From positions 20,266 to 84,265 of the forward strand of contig ML992523.1 in NCBI GenBank assembly GCA_010093995.1: a stretch of DNA of 64,000 bases, given 5' to 3'. Positions 45,086 through 56,906 of the stretch are shown in pieces. Position numbers and translations under genes: made by a program. Below the pieces are notes generated by a model. That model did no database searches. It saw only the letters and a program-made list of their open reading frames with translations, and was not told where the DNA came from. Numbering within the stretch: position 1 is the first letter of the stretch; every line of letters starts with the position of its first letter. The stretch comes from Elsinoe ampelina (taxonomy: Eukaryota).

Positions 45086-46684
45086 TTACACCTCGATAAG
45101 CCGTCCCTCGGCGGTGTTGGTACTCTCGGGCTGTGCTTGACAGCTGCACTGCTCATGTTGACCAGCAATGATTGAGCATGACTCGTACTGTCGCAAAACC
45201 TGATGGAGAAGCTCTGTCTCGCACTGCGCCCACGACCTGGTCACGTGGCGGCATACATGCATATAGACATGCTCGAGCGGTTCGAGTACATCTCGGGGCA
45301 TCGGTCTTCCCATCGCACAATCGACAAGGGCGAGATAATCTACACCCCAAAACATGTGACTGGCATGCTGTGGACTGGTGCTCGGGTACATATGCGCGAG
45401 CACGTGACGTGTTCCGGCAACCGCTCCTCCAACGCCGGGCAAAGAGTAGCTCTGGAATTCGTATGCCTCTACATTCAAGGTCGAGGCTTGAGGCAAGCCG
45501 AGCATCTCGGTCCAACGCCATCCAGCCACTACGCCGGTCAGACCTGGCCGATTTCGAAAGTTGGCTATCTGCAGGAAGATCCTGAGATTGATCTTGGTCG
45601 CGTTTGGCGTAAGCCGGAGGAATTTGTCCGAGGTTGGGCGGATCTTCTCAGCGACGTTTCGGGGATCGCTACCCTGGAGCATGACCCCAACATGGATTTC
45701 TTCAACTTCTGGTAACGGATCGTGCTCCAGAAACAGCTCGTCCGATGCACTCTGCGCAGGTGTATCATCGAGTGCGGAGCGTCCAAGGACTGTATCCGCA
45801 TCTAGTAGCAGCAAGGGCGTACACTTTCTCCGGGCTTGTAGTTCCGCTTCGGCAAACTCTTCTAGTAGCTGGTTGTCGCTCAAGAGGCTTGGCCCGCAAA
45901 ACGTATTTTCCGTGTGAGATGTTAGCCGCCCTCGAAGCTTCGGTGGGCTTAGCGAGGATGATCTTGCCCTCAAGTCGACAACATACCGATAGTGTTCCAA
46001 AAGCTGCGAGAATGCTCTTTGTCGGATCTCCGGTGGCAGGATAATGAGTTGCTCCAGTCCGTCCTTCTGCAGCTTCAGGAGTGAATTTCGACGAGCATCG
46101 GTTTGCGGAGGGTAACGGGCCTCCATCGCTGCCTGCGCAGGCTCGTTCGCGAAATAACGCCAACTTCCTGTCCATCCAGCTGGAACATCAGGGACCACGG
46201 AAGTGACATAGGTTTGCTTCCTCTCGGTCACCAAGCGCGTGATGGCAGCAGAACCCGCGCCAGCATGATCTATCATCACCTGCAGATTGGCTCCATGTTG
46301 ACCGGAACACTGGAAATAGCGAACTACTTTCACCCCACGTCGACTTTTGGATGCTTTATAGATCTGGCTTCCGTCAGGCAGTATGAATAACAGCTGCCCG
46401 TTGACCCATCCATCAGCGCTGAGTCTTGTGAGGTTGGTCCGAACGGTATCCAGGAACGTCCTCACCACCTTTGGTGTTGATTTTCGGTCAGAGAGTATCG
46501 CGGACTCGAGTTGCAGCACGTTGTCCCCGTCTACCATGATCGTTTGATCCACTAGTGACTCGTGCCCCTCGTGGAACCTGGCCGCAAGGACTGTGAGGAT
46601 ATCGTACTCGTCTATTGCGCGAAGGCGGACACCCGTGCGTTCCACATTGTATGGCTCTAGTAAGGAGCTCAGTCGGTTGCCCAT
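45086..46684 (-). CDS. Hypothetical protein, 532 aa
   Basis: Long ATG-started ORF with protein-like composition; MGNRLS start; F-box-like LIILPPEIRQRAF segment. Confidence 0.6.
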   Translation of the reverse strand: MGNRLSSLLEPYNVERTGVRLRAIDEYDILTVLAARFHEGHESLVDQTIMVDGDNVLQLESAILSDRKSTPKVVRTFLDTVRTNLTRLSADGWVNGQLLFILPDGSQIYKASKSRRGVKVVRYFQCSGQHGANLQVMIDHAGAGSAAITRLVTERKQTYVTSVVPDVPAGWTGSWRYFANEPAQAAMEARYPPQTDARRNSLLKLQKDGLEQLIILPPEIRQRAFSQLLEHYRYVVDLRARSSSLSPPKLRGRLTSHTENTFCGPSLLSDNQLLEEFAEAELQARRKCTPLLLLDADTVLGRSALDDTPAQSASDELFLEHDPLPEVEEIHVGVMLQGSDPRNVAEKIRPTSDKFLRLTPNATKINLRIFLQIANFRNRPGLTGVVAGWRWTEMLGLPQASTLNVEAYEFQSYSLPGVGGAVAGTRHVLAHMYPSTSPQHASHMFWGVDYLALVDCAMGRPMPRDVLEPLEHVYMHVCRHVTRSWAQCETELLHQVLRQYESCSIIAGQHEQCSCQAQPESTNTAEGRLIEV

Positions 46685-47961
46685 CCTGGTTCAAAGCGAT
46701 TGTGACGGCAATGACGAACAAGGTCTCGAAATCTGGCTGGATTTATCTGATCTGTAAAGGAAGAGACCTTGGAAGAGCTTCTTATCTTCTACAGCGGTGA
46801 AGGGGTTTTCGAACAAAGCACGGGAAAGCTTTATCCCGTCAGAGCCATGCTCTGAGATCAAGTAAAAGGAGCAACCTGAACAAAGGCATGGAACACTTCA
46901 TCTCCTTGCTCCTTTGTCTCCTAACCTAAACGGGCGCAACCCCAAGGCTCGATGCAGACATATGCGAATGGCTGATACAAAGAACGAAGACACTATAATG
47001 TCTATTCGTCTCAATAGAGTGCATGGGAAGAAGCAAGTGGTGAGAACGACATGCCCACTTCCTAGGAAGGGGCACTCAAGGAAGAGTCACTCTCAACTTA
47101 GTCTATGCCACGGTTCGATCAAACTGCTTCGCCAATGCGTTTCTGTCGCTTTGCATGACTGCGAGAGATCTGGGGCAAAATCCACGCACCGCATCTATTC
47201 TTCTAGCTCATCTTCCGATCTCCAACAAGCCGCACAAATAGCCTCAACGATGTCAGTTCCCACCCGGGCTTGCAGCCAGACTGCATGCTCCCCATCACCA
47301 GCGATGACATCAGCTTGCTCGGTGTTTGATGATGTTACCTGGTAGAAGCAGAACGACAGTATGGCACGAAGGGAACTTGAAGCCCATCGAATTTCTACCT
47401 TCGACGTTAGCAGGTCTCCGCCATGATATGTACGGGTACCGCACAGACTGCCAGGTCCATGAAGTAAGTCGGGTCTACGCGGACATCGTGCTCTTGCCGC
47501 ACGTTTCTCACCGGATGACCTTCACAGCTTCCGTATGTGTTGTGGCTTTCATTGTCAATGTTTCGAACACACAAGACGGTGGGTCAATCTCAAGTAGCGA
47601 CAGGCACTAAGATATCGTGCCGGGAGGGACTCGATAGGGCGGTACTAATTGGCACTGTATGTATCTCTGGCCAGTGTTGGTAGAGCCGTGGTCATGGGTG
47701 CCGAATCTACTTTTGTAGCGAAGGCTCTTGATGAGTACGTACACCTCATACAACGGGCTTCACTTCACTGGGAGGTATCAAGCTGGCCCGGTATCTTGCA
47801 TGGACATGCGTCTTTCACGGTCTGCGACTAGGCCTCCAATCTTCCCATTCACACGCACTCGCTGTCTCAGGGGCACACCTTATGCGCTCCAAGTTGGCTT
47901 ACTTCTTCTTCGCTCACACACCTGCACATCCCACAGTAGGCTTACTTGTTTGCTCACCAAC

Positions 47962-48996
47962 ATGCGCCAGCAATCAATCAAGAACGGTATCACGACCTCG
48001 CATGACGTCGAGACCGACACAAACAAAAGCGGTGAAAGATCATCAGAACCTATCAAAGTTGACTCCTCAGTCGGACCGATCGCCATACCACCTCATGCGC
48101 ACTTTGCAGTCGTGGACGATGGACTTACTGCCACTAGTGACAACGCTGGAGGCATTTCACCGGATCGATGCCATGGAGGGTCCCCTCCACCCCAGCCGGA
48201 CGGGCAGGGGTCTGCAAACCTAACAAGCGGGCTTCACACAGGAGCCACCACGTCAGGGCACCAACAGACCACCCACACGGACAACTCTGGTGTTCATGCG
48301 GACAGGGGGTTGCCAGGATCCCCTTCATCACAAGCGCCCACCATCTTCACGGACCGGGATGTTCCTCGCGCCCAGACGTCTAGGCTCGGTCGTTGGACAG
48401 GAGCAACATCAAGAGGGCTGCTGTGCATCATTCCCCTCGTGTCTCTCATACACGTCTTCGTGGAGGGATTCTTTCCCAAACACCATTACTCAAGGAGCTC
48501 CAAGCTGGCCTGCTCCATATCCGAGCTATCGGCGGCACTCATCAGCCAGATAGGGAGGGGTCCTTCTCACCGCAAAGACCGACGTCTGTGGATCAAGGCC
48601 TTTGAACTGGTCCCCGGTAGTATACTGGCGGCAATCTTCAACGTCATCTCAGCGAGCGTGGAATATCATGTAGAAGGGAGCCACTACGCTTCGAATCTCT
48701 GCTTCGTCCTGGCTACGGTCTGTAAGACGGCTTCTATCGTTGCACACCTGGTTGACGAGCCGCAAGATTCGGACGCCATGCTCGTCGTTGGTTTCAAGGT
48801 CGTTGAGCTCCTAGCTGTGGTTGCAGCAGGTTGTGGCGACGGTCATTTCGATGATGCGCAGGACGGGCCGGGCTACTGGTTGAAGTTGGGTGCAGGGATC
48901 ATACAGGTGCTGATGCAAGCTGCACTGGCGGGCATAGTGTGGGCGCGATGGTACCAGGGACGCAAGAGCGATGGGAAGATTGACAGTGCTGCTTGA
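47962..48996 (+). CDS. Hypothetical membrane protein
   Basis: Low-complexity N-terminal half followed by several hydrophobic helices. Start uncertain; the ORF is open from 47728. Confidence 0.5.
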   Translation: MRQQSIKNGITTSHDVETDTNKSGERSSEPIKVDSSVGPIAIPPHAHFAVVDDGLTATSDNAGGISPDRCHGGSPPPQPDGQGSANLTSGLHTGATTSGHQQTTHTDNSGVHADRGLPGSPSSQAPTIFTDRDVPRAQTSRLGRWTGATSRGLLCIIPLVSLIHVFVEGFFPKHHYSRSSKLACSISELSAALISQIGRGPSHRKDRRLWIKAFELVPGSILAAIFNVISASVEYHVEGSHYASNLCFVLATVCKTASIVAHLVDEPQDSDAMLVVGFKVVELLAVVAAGCGDGHFDDAQDGPGYWLKLGAGIIQVLMQAALAGIVWARWYQGRKSDGKIDSAA

Positions 48997-49507
48997 AGAG
49001 GCTGGTGGCCAGCTTGGATTATGTATGATGGAATTGACCTGTACCCGGAAAGTAGGAACCATGGGAGGGAGCCCCGTAGCTCAATTCTGTCACAGCTTGA
49101 CCGCCGCGCGGGACTTGGAGTTCCCTCGGTTGTGGCGACAGCGTCTCCAGAAAACTTCAAGTATTCAGCATGGGATAGAATTTTCCGGGAAAGAGTAACA
49201 GGACGATAGAGCGAAGGGGGGTATAAAGCGACGCAGTAAGATGCGGTTGGTCCACGCTGACGACGTGGCTCTAATACACAACATAGCCATGATCCCGAGC
49301 AAGGGGCAGTGGTGGTCATGCGTTCAGTGTAGGCTACGCAGCGAAACTCATACCAGCATGTATGAGGCCTCCACAATCGCTGAATCTACCCCTCGCTCCA
49401 ACCTATAGGTCATGGATCCCTCAGAGCGGCGCAAGCGATTTGGTCATAGAGATGGCGAGGTGAAGTGAATCCATCTCCAGCGACAACAATGGCTCGTCGC
49501 AGGCATG

Positions 49508-49672
49508 AGAGGGGGCTGACAACATAGTGGTGGGGATGGCTGGCCGAGGAAGGGCTGGCGAGAGAAGGGGAGGGAGGGGGATGTGTATAGCGAATTGATG
49601 GAGTCTGATCAACAAGTGGTTGAGAGGGTATGTTCTGCTTCTAGACTGGTACTGTGACATGTCATGTTGTCC
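49508..49672 (+). repeat. Diverged direct repeat, copy 2
   Basis: Co-linear similarity to 44632-44795. Confidence 0.85.
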
Positions 49673-52000
49673 TGGAAGGGATGAACGGCGGACCTTGGGT
49701 GCTTGTGGGGATGTCTCACCGCATCCGAGGGATGATATGAATAGGAGGTCTGTACGGTATCGCTTGGCGTTTTGTAGATGTTCGTCCTTTGACTCCGACG
49801 GGCAGGGTTTGGCAACAATCCTCAGAAAGCATGCTTCTTAGTAACCTTTTCGTGGCGTGGCAGACTGACACCAAGAAGGACCGCAATTGCTTGATGGTCA
49901 GCCCCTCCAAGGAGCCTACCCTGTCGCCGAAAGACACTGGTTCGAATTGGTGAGCAGTGAGAGACACTCTGACCTGCGCACAGTCTGCTGCAGTCCACTA
50001 ATAATGGAGCATGCGCTGTATGTATTTCTCAGACGATGCAGTCGCACAAACGTACACGTAATGTGGCATGGGCAATTTAGCTTGTGGTGATGGGTGTCCG
50101 CCACCTGTGCCTTTTTCGAGCTTGACCAAGAGGACATACTGAAGCCTCAGGATGGCTCAGGTGTTTCCTTCTCTTCCCCTTTTGCGAAACCATTTCACAT
50201 TGTTCAACCTCAGAATGTCAACAGACAGGACGCCGATCCAATGACAGATATCAGAAGTCGTCCCTCGCTTGTCCTTCACGGTTCTTGTAGCCCGAACATA
50301 CTTTCTAGCGTGGCATCAGCTCTTCCAGAAGAGAGTAAAGAACAATCCAGCCAAGACAGGCAAGCCACTCGACACTATACAGATGCTTCATGCTGAGGAT
50401 GTGGCATTGGTGTACGCAATGAGGACGATCAACCGGCAGGCAAATTCTAATCAGGCTCTCGAGGGCGCGAACATCATCATGTGGCATGACGGGCAACGCG
50501 CTGATCGACCCGTCATGTGACACCATGCTGAAGGCGCTGGGCGTGAATGACGGCCGTACCTCTATAACAGCTGCACCTAGCCTACGCTCGAAGCTATAGA
50601 TGGCGGTTCTTTGAGATGGGGATACGAGGCTCGGTCGTAGAAATTGCAGAACGAAGAAGCAAGGCTCGTTGCAAACGTGATGCGATTCTCGATGCCAGAA
50701 GTGAGCATCAGGGCTGCAAGGACCATCGACTGGTCAGGAGCAATCCATAAGGTAATGGAAAACAAGCGGTGAGTGCTACGTTCCTTTTGGTCGCTGAACG
50801 TTGCCGCCCATGATTTTGGTTTTCGGGCCTGTGAGAGCTGGTTTAGGGCTAGTACCCCCTGGTGGTGTCCCTTTGGTGGAGCGGGGGAAATTTCAGGGCC
50901 AACGAGTGGTTCTTCCTCTAGGGTCCCAGTTCCTGTTACCCTGTCAGCTTCATCTATTTCTGTAAGCCTCGCAAACTTTGGCCAAGGTGCACGACATACA
51001 AACAGGAGATGCCCGTGTTTGTTGCTCTTGCGTCTTCGGTCGGGGATTTGCCACAATGGCGTGCCTGAGCCGGGGAAAGATGCTTGGTCGATGAGCTTGA
51101 CTGGCGAGGCTCTACTACTGGGATGGGTTTGGCTATACTGGCACGAGTGCATGGCCGGAAACGGAATCTGCATCTGCGACAAAGAGACCACTGGAGCAGA
51201 TGACTGCCAACTCTGATGCTTCACTAGACGCCAAAGGCCAGATGCAGGCGCCCGACCGACATGTCGTTGAGCCTTGTTCTGGCGCCCCCAGACACGTTGA
51301 TGAAGGATTTCTGCATGTCACCTTGGTCACGTTGGTCACTTTGGTCACTGCTGTATAGTGCGCAAAATTACAGGTGGGTCTCCAGGTCCGGCTATGGCGC
51401 AAACCTCTCCCCATTGGGCCCATTCGATGCCCCCATGGCCAAAGACAGCCTAGAGGGGGCCTAGAGAGAGGGGACCGTTTCAGTTTCATCTTCACGCACG
51501 TTGCCAACCGCGGGTGGTGGCCGGGTGGTAGCCGGGTGGTAGGGTAGCCCTCTACTAGACTTTTCTGGACCTGCATCTTCCTGCATACTCTCTCCACTTC
51601 AAAGAAATTTGATAAATCACAACATGGCACTTGTATATATTCTGGCCGTTCGCGCTCATGGCTCCCCCTGCAGTCTTTGTCTACTCTCCAGGTCGAGAAC
51701 GGCATCGATTACACGGGCAGGTTCCCCATTCACACTCCTTCAATCACATTCCTTTCAACTCTCAAGCAGGGCTTGATCGAGACCCGTTGCACATAGCTAT
51801 CGGATAGTCCAACGTCACAAAGCCAAGCAGCAATACGGTATCCAGCCCGCGACCTCATCTCGCGCAACCGTTTTAGCAAAGCTTTATTGACACTGGTCTC
51901 GACTTGCTCTTCAGCAGTACGATATAAAGTCCACCGCGTCGCGCATCACCAGTATCCTGTCACTGCCATCCCGGAACGGTCAACATCTACCGAAGCCACA

Positions 52001-52957
52001 ATGAAGACCTCATCTCTTGTCCTACTGGCCGGCGTAGCTGCCGCGGCGCCTGTCAAGAAGGTGTGGCTCCCTGCAGTCAGCACTAGCTGGCAGATTGTCC
52101 TCAATCAGGCAGTCACTGCAGACAAGGCAGTCTCCTTTGATGCTCAGGTCTACGACTTGGACCTCTTCGAGACTACCAAAGCCACCATCGATGACTTGCA
52201 CAACAAGGGCAAGAAGGTCATGTGCTACTTCTCGGCCGGATCGTGAGTACATCCCTTGCCATCATCGCATCCATTCTCTGACATCACCAGCTACGAGCCA
52301 TACCGCCCAGACTCGAAACAATTCCAGCCCGGTGACATGGGCTCCGTCATGGATGGCTGGGAGGATGAGAAGTGGTTGCAGATCAACTCCGCCAACGTTC
52401 GCAAGATCATGACTGCCCGTATCGCCCTCGCGGCGCAAAAGGGCTGCGATGCCATCGACCCTGACAATGTCGACGGCTACGTAAGTCTTGCCCCTTCTTC
52501 TACTGTCCTGTTCCCAATCTGACCTCCCTTACAGAGCAATGACAATGGCATCAACCTAAAAAAGGCCGATGCCGTCAACTACATCAACTGGATGTCCACC
52601 CAAGCTACCAAGCGCGGCATGTCCATTGGCCTCAAGAACGCCGGCGAACTCATCAAGCAAGTCATGCCCAACGTCCACTTCAGCGTCAACGAACAATGCC
52701 ACGAGTACGATGAATGCCAGACCTTTGGCGCCTTCATCAAAGCCGGCAAGCCCGTCTTCAACATCGAATACCCCGACGACGTCCAGGGTAAGAGCCGCAT
52801 GTCGACTTCTGACTCCAACGACAAGTGCAATTCTGCGCAGACCAATTCGGCGGGTTTCTCCACCGTGTTGAAAAACATGGATTTGGATATGCCCATCAAG
52901 GAATGCCCTCCTTCGCCGAATTACAGCCGCAACCCGGCACCGAGTTTCAGCGCATAA
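52001..52957 (+). CDS. Secreted GH114 endo-alpha-1,4-polygalactosaminidase (Ega3-like), 3 exons
   Basis: WQIVL, YDLDLF, CYFSAGS|YE, GWEDEKW, KGCDAIDPDNVDGY, GLKNA, VNEQC, KPVFNIEY. Introns 52243-52290 and 52481-52533. Confidence 0.93.
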
Positions 52958-53284
52958 GTGGGTAGGAGTGGAAAGAAGGAAGCCAGATTAACGGCCGAAA
53001 AGTTTTCTTCGATGGATGCAAGATCTATGCAGAGCTTACGTGCAGAACCGCAGTATAGCGAATGAACAAAAAATGTGAAACATGACAAGGAGTCCCAGCT
53101 TGCCTGTCGTGATGCGAACAACACCCGACAAAAGGAAAGCCCAGAGTAAAGACAGTCGATGATGATACAACATCGGGTATTTTCGCAAGGACAGACGAAC
53201 AAACAAACACAAACGCCTCTCCCTCTCATCTCCTCATTCACCGCCGTTTCTGAACTGGTATCAGACCCTCCCCCTTCTTCCACC

Positions 53285-54407
53285 TCAAACATCAAACCTC
53301 TTCTCCTCCACCATCTCCTCATCAACCTCATAAGAAGTCGCCACCGTAATCCCATCCTTCTTCGACAACCCTCTCCCTCCTGCCCCACCAATCGTATCCG
53401 TCCTCCCCTTGAGCGTCGCATCACTACCGTACTCATCCCTGAAGACCTTCCTCACCAACGGCCTGAGCGCGGCCAGCGACACAGCCATGATACCCACGCA
53501 ATTCTCCCACAACGCCAGCATGACAAACGGCGTGACCTTTGTGAAAGTGTCGTACGTCCCGATGACTCCCAGGTCGATGTAAGGGATGCGTACGATGGAG
53601 ATGACGCTCGCAAACGCACCCAGCATCATGAGTAATATCACCGACCATTTCGTGCGCGAGGACATTTGCGCCCTGTAGATAACAGTGATGGGCATGAGGG
53701 TGAGGAGCCAATCCATGAGCGTATTCCAGGCGGCCGAGGTATACGACAGCCTCTGCAATGCCGTGAGACTGAGGCATGTAGGCGTCGGGTTCTCGAGGTC
53801 CAACGGGTCGCCGCACTGGAAGAGGTTGAGGAAGCCGAAGATGGTGGTGAAGAGGCCGAAGAGGATGAAGCTGATCCAGATGACTTTGCGTTGCCAGGAG
53901 TTCTTGGGGAGGACTTTGAGGAAGAAGGCGGCGAGGGCGCCTTTGATGAGGCCTTGGTCGAGGGCGTAGATCCAGCCTTGGAATTCGAGGATCTCGAATG
54001 AGGTCAGGAAGGTGGGGATAAGGCCGTTGTGCATGATGTTGGCGGCGTAGGCGATGAGGAGGAGGGCGTGGGAGGTGTAGACGACCTGGGATGGGTCAGT
54101 ATGGTCATGCTGGTAGTATTGTGGGATGCTGGTAGTATTGTGGAGTGCTGGTAATATTGTGGGATGCTAGTAGTATCGTGGGATGCTGGTAGTATCGTGG
54201 GATACTAGTGATATCATGGGATATACTCACGTGTGCTGCCAGCAGAACCCAGTCATCTCTACCCAACGATTTGATCATGGATGCCCTGACGTAGAAGCGA
54301 AGAGCGACGCATAGTGTCGACAGTACGAGTGAAAGCGAGACAACCGCAATGTACATCTCAGGGTGGATGTTGGGCACCGGGTTGCCATCTTCGTCGAATT
54401 CCTGCAT
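53285..54407 (-). CDS. PTH11-like / rhodopsin-domain integral membrane protein, 2 exons
   Basis: LRFYVR...LGRDDW, FQCGDP, DWLLTLMP, SIVRIPY, WENCVGIMAVSLAALRPL. Intron 54086-54230. Confidence 0.88.
54107..54220. repeat. Intronic minisatellite, about 6 x 19 bp (ATGCTGGTAGTATTGTGGG)
   Basis: Directly visible tandem copies that differ mostly by transitions. Confidence 0.9.
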
Positions 54408-55209
54408 AATGTCGACAGCGGTATGCGTGCACGGTGAATGTAACAAAGCTTTGGGTCGACCAAATTGAAGAGCGACCGGGTCGAGGGAATTGCCAGGGGT
54501 GTCTATAGTAGTCTTCCCGACTTAAAGCAAGGCATTGCTCTGGCATGAGAACCATACGAACTCTGAGGACTAACTAACCGACCGTTCACATACCTATCGC
54601 TCTCCAGCGTCCAAGATGGGAATCCTTCGATTGGTGTGAAACCTGGCGGTCGTTCGGACTGACGATACTCTGACTGTTCAATCTACGTTTGCCAGTGGTG
54701 AACGGCTGGAATCCCAAAGCTTGTCAGTCACCACATGGCAACACATGGCGAGCACGACATGGGAAGCAGCGATAACGGTGTTCAGCCACGGTCATGTGGA
54801 GGCTTTCGTGAGTCGTGGGAGACACGAAATAATACCATGGCGTCCGCCATACTGCGTAGGTCATCGTGTGACGGCACTACAGACGCCCGGTCGAGGACAG
54901 AATGGGAAAGTCGAAGAGGGAAACGATAAGAGCAAAAAAGACGGGCCTACGGGTGGGATGCATCTTGATCTGACAAAGGCCTCGTCGACTCCAGGCCCAG
55001 GAACGACTCATATCGGGGGGGAGGAGTGTGGGGGAGTTCGTCCAGGAAACTATAAAAGGCCCCATTGTTTCAGGTACAGTAAACGATTGACTCGGTGAAC
55101 GCGCGGGGCATTCCATAGATGCAAAAGTCAGTTCGTGTGATAGTCGTCATGGCTATGCGGTAAAGCAAATACTTGACAGGTATTACAGGCGTCGTCGTTT
55201 CATCGCTAT

Positions 55210-56511
55210 CTACAGTATCAGTCTCGGGTCAAGTTCCTTTACGTTTGCTGATTTGGCCTCGCCGTCAAAGACAAACTCGGACATAAGCTTCCCAGAACCA
55301 GGACCGTTCTGTATTCCCCAGCATGTGTGCCCTGTGCATAGGAAGAGACCCTTTGTCTTGGTAGGTCCTATCAACGGGTGGCCGCTTCCTTTGGTCACAT
55401 TAGGCAGGTAACAAGCCTGTCTGGCTGTCACTTCACCGTCTCGCAGCTCGTCGCTGATACTCGAAACATAGTCGACAACGTCTTGACAGCGTTTCTCGTC
55501 TACTTGGACGAGATCTGTACTAGCTGGTAGTGGGACGAGCCGGTCACCTTCTCCGCAAGCATAGACTTCTGTCTGACGGGCATAGATCTCTGGCGAGACA
55601 GTCTCTTGGCTTCGGCTCTTCGATCTCTGACTCTCGTTCGTCTGGCCAAAACCAGCTGGTAGTCTGATCTGTGTGAAGAGAGCATACGCGCTGACAGGTC
55701 TCGTGGGTCGGATTGTGACGCTATGTGCTCGTAGTGCTGAGATGGGAGCCGGAGGATACACTTTGGACGACCAGGGCCCAGCCGATACTACCACATCGGT
55801 GGCGGGCAGGGTGACCTCTTTGCCGTTGTCGTTCTTGTCTTGATAAATGACACCAGTCACTGTCGTTCCATCGTCACTATATTTGATCTCGCTGACCTGC
55901 GCACCGACCTTGATCTCGGCACCGGCTTCCTTTGCGAGCTCAGCCATAGACGTTGTGAAGTGGTAGGGGTGAACTTGGGCTGTCGTCGTGGGATCTCCCA
56001 TCTCTTCGTACCCGCCGATACACTCTGCAGCGACCCAGTCCATGTCGTCTGGTACACCGGCTGCTCGCAGCTTGCCCAGCGCCTGCTTTGATCTCTTTTG
56101 CAGGCTGACAGAGCTGCTTGGATCTTTCTCGCCGTTCAAGGCACTTCCATTCTTGTCGTTCATCTCACCATCTTTGCCCTTCACTGAGTCTTTGGCTTCG
56201 AGATTCCGTCCACGACAGTCGATCTCACCACAGTGTACTGGTCGGTAGCCCCAGCGTTCAGCCCCGCCGTGCTCATCGGCGAGCGCTTTGTGTGTCCGGT
56301 AAGAAAGGGGCACAATCTGATTCGGATACGCCCATAGTGCTAGTAGACCGCCTGCCTTGCCACTGGCACCACCCGCGATTCTGGTACTTTCCAGGACGGT
56401 GATCTTGTGTCGAGTGCGGTCATACTTCGAGTGACGAGTAGAAAAATATGCAGTGCTGCACCCAATGATACCACCGCCGATGATAATGATATTCCTCTCT
56501 TGATCGGCCAT
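55210..56511 (-). CDS. DAO-family FAD-dependent oxidoreductase (TDA3/BTN3-like)
   Basis: IIIIGGGIIG, GGASGKAGGLLA, TAQVHPY, AGPWS, QACYLP, TGHTCWGIQNGPGSG. Confidence 0.9.
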   Translation of the reverse strand: MADQERNIIIIGGGIIGCSTAYFSTRHSKYDRTRHKITVLESTRIAGGASGKAGGLLALWAYPNQIVPLSYRTHKALADEHGGAERWGYRPVHCGEIDCRGRNLEAKDSVKGKDGEMNDKNGSALNGEKDPSSSVSLQKRSKQALGKLRAAGVPDDMDWVAAECIGGYEEMGDPTTTAQVHPYHFTTSMAELAKEAGAEIKVGAQVSEIKYSDDGTTVTGVIYQDKNDNGKEVTLPATDVVVSAGPWSSKVYPPAPISALRAHSVTIRPTRPVSAYALFTQIRLPAGFGQTNESQRSKSRSQETVSPEIYARQTEVYACGEGDRLVPLPASTDLVQVDEKRCQDVVDYVSSISDELRDGEVTARQACYLPNVTKGSGHPLIGPTKTKGLFLCTGHTCWGIQNGPGSGKLMSEFVFDGEAKSANVKELDPRLIL

Positions 56512-56906
56512 GAGTTGGTGACTGTGTGGCTTGCGAAAGTACACGCGAGGAAGTGCTTGCATGAAGAAGAAGATCCAAGAGCTGGGACGTTTGCCACCCG
56601 CGGGCTGAGAACAAAGTCATCACGCCGACAACAACACCCCCTGTCACCCGACCTATTGTCCCACAGACATAGAACATGACGATATTTTTCTCCCCCCCAC
56701 ACAGACCATACTGAGACGTATTTCGCTCCCCATGAGAGCTTGCAAAGGTTAATTGTGTGGAGAATTGCCCAAGTTCCCTGGTAGTCAGCCTCGCAAGGTA
56801 CTACCAGAAAATGTCTCGCATCAATACTGTAATGGCTCGCTGCTGTGCCGTAGTAATCTCGTTTTCCACTTCTCTTTTGCCAACTACTCACATCCACCCG
56901 TGTTGC

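Noticed and set aside
49700..51900. Minus-strand ORFs of 190-215 aa
   Set aside because: No recognisable domain or consistent gene structure. May be a decayed gene but is unsupported.
54107..54220. CRISPR-like appearance of the 19-bp repeats
   Set aside because: No spacers and a eukaryotic intronic context; it is a minisatellite.
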